Assembly: GCF_044324875.1 (NCBI RefSeq)
Contig: NZ_CP172185.1
Length of the DNA: 64,000 nucleotides
Direction: 5' to 3' (one strand)
From: Escherichia coli
GTDB taxonomy: Bacteria > Pseudomonadota > Gammaproteobacteria > Enterobacterales > Enterobacteriaceae
The position numbers were made by a program, and so were the translations under genes. The notes beneath the pieces are model-generated. The model saw only the letters and a list, made by a program, of their open reading frames with translations. It was not told the DNA's origin and ran no database searches. Positions 58,469 through 64,000 of this stretch are shown here, piece after piece (within the stretch, counting starts at the first letter, position 1; every line of letters begins with the position of its first letter).

Positions 58469-59571
58469 TGGTAATGGCTAACTTAGATAAAGACCTAGGT
58501 TTGAAGCAAGACGCTATAAGGTTTTGCTTGATAAATGGTTACTTGCCATTTTTAGAAGTTAACGTTGAAAACTATAGGGAACTTTCTGATACATCTACAA
58601 TTATAACAGATGTAGATGTTTTAGGGGTTGCTTTTGATATAACTGGAAAAACCAGAAAGATAATTTTCGATTGTAAAACCATTAAAAATACCAGCCCTAT
58701 TAATAGAGCGTTTTGGGCTTCCGGTGTTATGAATTTTTTAGGCTATGATGAAGCATTCATCATATTAAGAAAGAAAGCAAGTGAGGCCCATAGACTTTCC
58801 GCAAAAACAATTAATGTCCACCTTTTTGATGAAGATCAAATGAAAGGATATGCTCAATCATTTTCAATGAATTTCAATATTGATTTAAGCTACTCTACGG
58901 ACATTAATAATTGGATAAGTATACAGGAAGTATATAAAACAGATAAAACCATCCAAAAATATGGCGAATTTTTAGCAAGTTCGGTTCCTACAGAAAATGA
59001 TCCAGCGAAGAATTTGAGAAGATTTATTGCTGCTTTACAAAAAGTGAAGAATGAACTAGACCCTCAAAAAAATAAACACAGAGCAATTTACTTGCATAGT
59101 CTAATGACATTCTCATATATTATGGCATGCTTAGTGCAGCAACTAAGAGGGTTAATTGATTTTGATTATAATCAGAATGAATTCACAAGACTTCTCAAAT
59201 ATTATATCTGGGGAGGGAAGGATAGCTTTATATTAAGACATAAGATGAGAGAACTAATCTCATCTAATGACAGTTCGATTCAAAATATAGAGCCAGAGTT
59301 AAGGAATTGGGATGACTTTATTGAACTCACAAGGAGTCTACTTGACTCTCCTAATGATATAATTAAATGTTGCCATGTGTTACGTGAATTTAGTTTTTTA
59401 GAACTATCCATGCATGACATTAAAAAGGATGAGCAACTATCCACTCTAATTTCAGATAATTCAAGAATTCGTCAATTTATAATGATAATGGCTAGATACT
59501 TAACCAACTCGATGAAAATGCCAAAAGATTTCATTAACGATCTAGTATCAATATTTGATAGATTGAGATAA
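58468..59571 (+). CDS. hypothetical protein, island operon gene B; N-terminal PD-(D/E)xK-like motif
   Basis: 367-aa ORF; TAATG overlap with gene A (alternative ATG at 58474 has GGAG 8 nt upstream); residues 48-70 TDVDVLGVAF...KIIFDCKT fit hD...(D/E)xK. Confidence 0.75.
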   Translation: MVMANLDKDLGLKQDAIRFCLINGYLPFLEVNVENYRELSDTSTIITDVDVLGVAFDITGKTRKIIFDCKTIKNTSPINRAFWASGVMNFLGYDEAFIILRKKASEAHRLSAKTINVHLFDEDQMKGYAQSFSMNFNIDLSYSTDINNWISIQEVYKTDKTIQKYGEFLASSVPTENDPAKNLRRFIAALQKVKNELDPQKNKHRAIYLHSLMTFSYIMACLVQQLRGLIDFDYNQNEFTRLLKYYIWGGKDSFILRHKMRELISSNDSSIQNIEPELRNWDDFIELTRSLLDSPNDIIKCCHVLREFSFLELSMHDIKKDEQLSTLISDNSRIRQFIMIMARYLTNSMKMPKDFINDLVSIFDRLR

Positions 59572-59577
59572 AAAGAA

Positions 59578-59609
59578 GAGCAGGCTCGAATTAAATTTCG
59601 TGCCTGCTC
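59578..59609. terminator. hairpin between convergent gene B and the recombinase gene
   Basis: 13-bp stem gagcaggctcgaa / ttcgtgcctgctc (one mismatch), loop ttaaat; U-rich tail on the minus-strand transcript. Confidence 0.5.
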
Positions 59610-59708
59610 ACCATATAAACAAATGATAATAACTCATTCAACTAGATTATCTTTAATTCAGAGCAGTAATGATTTTCTTAATAACAATTCCCCTTTCTGA
59701 ATCCCATC

Positions 59709-60266
59709 TCAGGAGGCATTCATTTCTTTTTTCACGCGAAACACTGTAGCCCTGCCACAATCGCACAACTTTGCAATCTCATCCGGTGTGTTCTTCCCAG
59801 CTTGAAGCATCTCAATGATTTTACTGTGTAATTCTTTGTTCTTTTGCTTTCCTTTATACTTCTTAGCCTCTTTAGCAAGGGCAATTCCTTCGTTGCGACG
59901 TGATGCGATCATTCCCCGCTCAAATTCTGCAACGGCTCCCATCATGGTTAAGATTAAACGAGATTGTGGGGAGTTATCGAAACTCATTGAGTTAGCAAGG
60001 AACTGAACAGTGATCCCGCGAGCAACGAGGCTATCAATCATTTCCAGCAAATCGCGGGTATTACGTGCAAGGCGATCAATCGAGTGAGTCATGAGCGTAT
60101 CACCTTCGCGGAGGTGTGAAAGCAGGTTCAACAATTCAGGTCTCTCGCTGGTGGACTTACCTGATTCTTTCTCGGTGACGATTTTGTCACAAACAGGTTC
60201 CAGTACTGCCAACTGACGCTCAAGATTCTGATCCTTTGTTGAGACTCTCGCGTAACCAAAAATCAT
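59709..60266 (-). CDS. small serine recombinase (resolvase/invertase family)
   Basis: N-terminal catalytic motif FGYARVSTKDQ with serine nucleophile, C-terminal helix-turn-helix GRATVFRVKKE; start placed at MIFGYARV (ORF-track ATG at 60296 lies inside the dyad sites). Confidence 0.88.
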   Translation of the reverse strand: MIFGYARVSTKDQNLERQLAVLEPVCDKIVTEKESGKSTSERPELLNLLSHLREGDTLMTHSIDRLARNTRDLLEMIDSLVARGITVQFLANSMSFDNSPQSRLILTMMGAVAEFERGMIASRRNEGIALAKEAKKYKGKQKNKELHSKIIEMLQAGKNTPDEIAKLCDCGRATVFRVKKEMNAS

Positions 60267-60288
60267 TTCCCTGCCCTCACCGCTGATA

Positions 60289-60353
60289 AGTATCATTTAA
60301 ATTAACTGAATGATACAGTATCATTTAAATTCTTTCAATGTCTAAATGATACT
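60289..60353. promoter_or_regulatory. tandem dyad-symmetric sites upstream of the recombinase (res/hix-like)
   Basis: Two copies of agtatcatttaaatt (60289-60303, 60317-60331), each paired 11 bp downstream with an inverted half-site (aatgatac 60309-60316; taaatgatact 60343-60353). Confidence 0.6.
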
Positions 60354-60770
60354 AAACGAGACAAGAAAAACGGGTATCGTTAGGGAGTACCCAAAAGAGA
60401 TTTTTGATCGTGCGTTTTTTAGTCAATGTAGGGTTAGTGAAAAGTTCAGTACCGAGATCTGAGTTCACGGCATTTTGTCGACGGGGTTGAACCTGATTAG
60501 GCGAACGAGATTTTAAATCAGGCGGAATAAAACAAGTTGTACTTTTATCTGAGTAAACGATCCCTTTAACTTTTTAGTCAGAAATCGTGATACTAGGGGT
60601 TTGGTTATTTTGTGTCCTTAAGGCCAGTACTTTTAGCGAGGACGAAAAAACGGCCTACATGAGAACGCTTACAGTAACTTAAGTATATTATCCAAAAAGT
60701 CACTTAACTTAAATCAATTTGGATGCAAAATCGCCACACTTTGCAAGTGAACACATACCGGGCAACAAGC

Positions 60771-60796
60771 AAATAAAAAAGGCCACTTTCGCGACC
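60771..60796 (-). terminator. minus-strand intrinsic terminator after the 119-aa gene
   Basis: On the minus transcript GGUCGC-GAAA-GUGGCC (stem with two G-U wobbles) followed by UUUUUUUAUUU; the stem does not form on the plus transcript. Confidence 0.5.
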
Positions 60797-60814
60797 TTGT
60801 ACCAGTACAAACAC

Positions 60815-61174
60815 TCATTCAGAACGATCAAGTACCATATATGCTGGCTGACACATGCTGCCCCGCTCCTGTAGCCAGTAGTAATCAAGATCGGCAACAC
60901 GCACGTCCAATCCAGAATCTACACGGTTGATCTGTAACCGTAGCCCTACAGTATCCTTGTACGATAAACCAGATTTAACATTGTATTTGTACTTAACACC
61001 GTTTTCCTGTTCAAACTGTTTAAGGAAAGGCGTCATTTGTTTCTGAATTTCTTTCAAACAAATAACCTCATTATCAATAGCAAAGGGGGGTTCTGTTTTT
61101 CCATCAGGTACAGCAGCCTGTAAATGAAAGGAAGTACTCAACAATAACAGCATTGCAACAGAAGTCTTTTTCAT
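60815..61174 (-). CDS. hypothetical small secreted protein
   Basis: 119 aa; signal peptide MKKTSVAMLLLLSTSFHLQA then AVP; AAGGAA Shine-Dalgarno; 43 nt downstream of the membrane-protein gene. Confidence 0.7.
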   Translation of the reverse strand: MKKTSVAMLLLLSTSFHLQAAVPDGKTEPPFAIDNEVICLKEIQKQMTPFLKQFEQENGVKYKYNVKSGLSYKDTVGLRLQINRVDSGLDVRVADLDYYWLQERGSMCQPAYMVLDRSE

Positions 61175-61217
61175 TTTAATTCCTTATTAAAGAACAGTAC
61201 ATTATATTTCAATGGAC

Positions 61218-62258
61218 TTAATAACAATATTTTATATTTCCTTCGGGTTTTCTCATGCATTTAATTCCTTCAGGAATATAATCAGTTACGGGAGCAGGTC
61301 TGGCATCAGGTCTTGAAAGACGATTGGATATAGAAGACAACAGACTGAAAACACACTCATTAAATGATTTTTGATATTTATTTTTTTCATAAAAGTACTG
61401 CATGGTGATTTTATCTCTTTCGTATTGCAATTCTTTGCCAAGCTGAATCCTATCCATATCAATTCCATTTCTCATAGCATTAAATCTTTCGTTCAATAAA
61501 TTAAATTGAGATTTATTCCATTCATTTAAAGGAAATAAAGAATTGTTAAGCCTTTGCCTACAATTAGATTGCTCGATAGCTGACATGTATTCTTTCATAC
61601 TAACGCCAATATCTAAGTATGTGAGTTGTCCAGCAGTTCTATCAACTGAGTTATTAGGGTAAGATTTAATTTCAGTAAGTATTGACTCTGTTAATACTGC
61701 ATTTTCTTCTAAATCTTTGCTAATAGTTATTTGAGCTTGTTCTCTTTTATCCTTATCAAATATTGAAATGTATTTCTTTACTATATCCTGATTAGCTTTC
61801 TCGGCTGCTACTAACGCATCTTGAACCTTCTTTTCCGCCGCTTTAACTCGTTGTTCTTCTACAAATTTCGCGTAGTCATCAGTATTTGTAATGTGATTTT
61901 CACGAGCGATAGAAAACTCTTTACTATCTTTAAAACCAAGTTTTTGTGCTCTGGCTCCATCGCTTGAAGATCGGGCAGAACTTGCCACGAAAGCGAGCAC
62001 AATGATCAGTACAGGAACCGTATAATTATTAACGAGTTTATAGGGTAAGAACTTCGCTTTAAGCGTACCATAACCCAAAACAGCCCAGCCTATCGCGGCA
62101 GTACTTGCCAGTAGCTGGCACAATCCAGCGACGGAAAGCATGATTACCGACCAGAAGCCTGTACCGACTGCGAAAAGATCACCAAATTTCTCCATTGACG
62201 CAAGGAATAAAAACACTCCCCAAATGCCATAAAATCCTATTTTCAAATATTTACTCAC
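61218..62258 (-). CDS. hypothetical membrane protein with coiled-coil-like soluble domain
   Basis: 346 aa, probable GTG start after AGGA; three hydrophobic segments in the first ~95 residues, then a charged Lys/Glu-rich region. Confidence 0.7.
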   Translation of the reverse strand: MSKYLKIGFYGIWGVFLFLASMEKFGDLFAVGTGFWSVIMLSVAGLCQLLASTAAIGWAVLGYGTLKAKFLPYKLVNNYTVPVLIIVLAFVASSARSSSDGARAQKLGFKDSKEFSIARENHITNTDDYAKFVEEQRVKAAEKKVQDALVAAEKANQDIVKKYISIFDKDKREQAQITISKDLEENAVLTESILTEIKSYPNNSVDRTAGQLTYLDIGVSMKEYMSAIEQSNCRQRLNNSLFPLNEWNKSQFNLLNERFNAMRNGIDMDRIQLGKELQYERDKITMQYFYEKNKYQKSFNECVFSLLSSISNRLSRPDARPAPVTDYIPEGIKCMRKPEGNIKYCY

Positions 62259-62479
62259 CGCAATTATCCTTTAATAATTTTCCAAATCGATGGTTCGTTC
62301 TATTTGTATTATCGACAATAATTCGTTTGCCTTTAGGTAGATCCCTTAAAAAGGAATCCCCCCAAAATTTATAGATTAGCAGTTGTACCACTCTCACTGT
62401 TTTGTCACTCCCATTATCTTCTCTCAGGTCAAAAGTACGGACTTAAAGCCGTCCGTGTTCAGGTGCTCAAGAGTAGCAC

Positions 62480-62590
62480 GCATATCAATAAATGATCGAT
62501 AAAAACGATCAATTAATGGATTATTGATTGCTATAATCGATCAATTACTATTAATTCAATACAAATCAATAGGTAAAATCGATCAAGAGG
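62480..62590. repeat. iteron-like direct repeats, GATC-rich
   Basis: Three copies of a-atcgatcaa at 62503-62513, 62535-62545, 62577-62587 and two longer atcaata...atcgat units; several GATC sites. Confidence 0.6.
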
Positions 62591-62754
62591 ATTCGTCATC
62601 CATGAAAGGGGTTATGTATCTGATTTCAATACAGGGAGTATTAGCGATACCATCACGCAAACGCTCTTAAAGCGTAGCTACGGCGTTTTGTAGGGTTTTG
62701 GTCATTCATGTGTGTCAGTAATGAACATCGCATTCAGGGGCTTCCTGTGCGTTT

Positions 62755-63241
62755 TGTCCGAAACACCATCATGAAGGGGGACAGATCGGATCGGGGTCGC
62801 TTCGCTCTGGTCAGTACTGGATAGTTCTTTTCCAGTAACTGAAACCGCAGATCCCCCACTAAGTACACAAAGGAATCAGTAGTATAATAAGTAATTAAAT
62901 AGCAATCAGTTATGTACTGAATGACAGAACAGAAAAACGCGATTGGTTCGCTCTGCCAGTGACTGAAAGGAACGAAGCAGTAGAACCTAATCCAGCGAAC
63001 AGTACACGCAAAGCGGGTACTGTTTAATTGTTTTATCTATGTAAACAATGGGATAGCTATCAAGTACTCACTGCGTGAGCACTCTCACTAACTACCCGAA
63101 ACAGTTCGCTTGCTTCGCCGCTCCTACTTTCAGGTAGTTAATTCGCTTTCGCTCGTTGTGATGTCCGAAATTTATTACCTATAGTATTATAAGGTATTAT
63201 TTTCCGGACATTTATGTATTTTTATGATGGTGTTCTGGACA
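62755..63241. repeat. 18-bp imperfect inverted repeat pair flanking ~450 bp of motif-rich non-coding DNA
   Basis: tgtccgaaacaccatcat (62755-62772) against the reverse complement of atgatggtgttctggaca (63224-63241), 16 of 18 matching; interior holds CAGT-N-ACTG palindromes and ttcgctctg repeats. Confidence 0.6.
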
Positions 63242-64000
63242 TCATTTTTTGCTTTTTTGTACTTCCTTTTCGTATTTGTTCCACATAGCCTTTTGCTCTT
63301 CGGGACTGAGTGCTGTATTACCACTGGCAAGAAACACCTTGAACGCTTCTAACTCAAGCCCTGGGTTGTGGCTTTTCCAGCGGCGAAAACGCTTAGCGTG
63401 ATTATCATCAAGAGTGAAACGCTTTTGCTTATTCTTTGAACCTTGCGGCCTGCCTCTCGACCTCTGCTCATCATCAATACCGATATCTATATACTCAATA
63501 TTATCTGTAAGAGATCTGGCTTGCCATTCATCAAAAACATAAACAGTCTGTGTTTCAGTACTGTCAAAATCCCTTGAAATTCCTCGTAGTACGAACTGGT
63601 GTAAACTTTCGTACTCCCTCGCAACATGTATCGCCTCGCCGTCAATCTCAAAGAACAATTCGCACTGTTTAGCCTCTGTTTCAGAGGGACGCATACAAGC
63701 GAGCCAGACGCACGTGAGCAAGTGTTGGTACTGGTTAAATCCTCTGGCATCCGGGCTTATCTCTGTGCCGTTCCTTAGGCTCTGAGAATCGCTTTTGTTC
63801 TTCGTCCAGTAGAAATCCTGCCCCTCAAGTTTCTCATCAATAAATGAGTATATTTTTTGTACTTTATCAGGGTTGTTAGTCTTCCATGTCTTTGATAGTT
63901 TGTTGTTTTTTGAGAAGTAATAAACTTTTAATCTGTTTTTGAGTTCAGTTTTTCGTGTCAGTAATCCTTCAAGTTCAGTACTTTCAAAGAGTTCTTTATT
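63242..64000 (-). CDS. hypothetical protein, 5'-truncated by the window end
   Basis: My translation finds the frame of the 159-aa track ORF open for all 93 upstream codons to position 64000 (at least 252 aa); C-terminus has AT-hook-like RGRPQGSKNK. Confidence 0.6.
   Translation of the reverse strand, partial: NKELFESTELEGLLTRKTELKNRLKVYYFSKNNKLSKTWKTNNPDKVQKIYSFIDEKLEGQDFYWTKNKSDSQSLRNGTEISPDARGFNQYQHLLTCVWLACMRPSETEAKQCELFFEIDGEAIHVAREYESLHQFVLRGISRDFDSTETQTVYVFDEWQARSLTDNIEYIDIGIDDEQRSRGRPQGSKNKQKRFTLDDNHAKRFRRWKSHNPGLELEAFKVFLASGNTALSPEEQKAMWNKYEKEVQKSKK

Larger units (their letters stand above)
56811..64000. mobile_element. AT-rich accessory island inserted in ppdD; right end beyond the window
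   Basis: Abrupt fall in GC after the ppdD breakpoint; six ORFs with no housekeeping counterpart including a serine recombinase; about 1 kb repeat-dense non-coding DNA. Confidence 0.75.

Noticed and set aside
57191-59571. Rx4-6H strings in gene A (RKGQLLH) and gene B (RAIYLH) as HEPN active sites
   Set aside because: The motif is too short and common to be evidence without fold-level support; mentioned only as something to check

Overview
This window is Escherichia coli-type core chromosome, reverse-complemented relative to the usual K-12 orientation, running hemL, fhuBDCA, mrcB, hrpB, thpR, sfsA, dksA, gluQ, pcnB, folK, the yad fimbrial operon, panBC, rpnC(yadD), panD, yadEIHG, can, hpt, gcd, cueO, yacC, speED, yacL, acnB, yacH, lpd, aceFE, pdhR, aroP, ampED, nadC. 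Gene identities come from my recollection of the E. coli proteins and from sequence-visible motifs; no database search was run. The main finding is at the right end: ppdD is cut after 16 codons (about position 56,811) by an AT-rich accessory island that runs off the window at 64,000. The island carries a translationally coupled two-gene operon (about 425 aa and 367 aa) that I cannot place in any family; the second protein has a PD-(D/E)xK-like nuclease motif, so this is the best candidate for an undescribed system, possibly anti-phage. The island also has a small serine recombinase with tandem dyad sites upstream, a membrane-protein plus secreted-protein pair, about 1 kb of repeat-dense non-coding DNA, and a 5'-truncated ORF continuing past the window. 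Secondary observations in the core: a tandem duplication of the rpnC 3' end giving a stand-alone Rpn-tail ORF, in-frame 12-bp repeat tracts in rpnC, an fhuA allele that looks divergent from K-12, and a yad operon with two rather than three minor-subunit genes. Several ORF-track starts were moved to internal or non-ATG codons where the known protein N-terminus and a Shine-Dalgarno support it.
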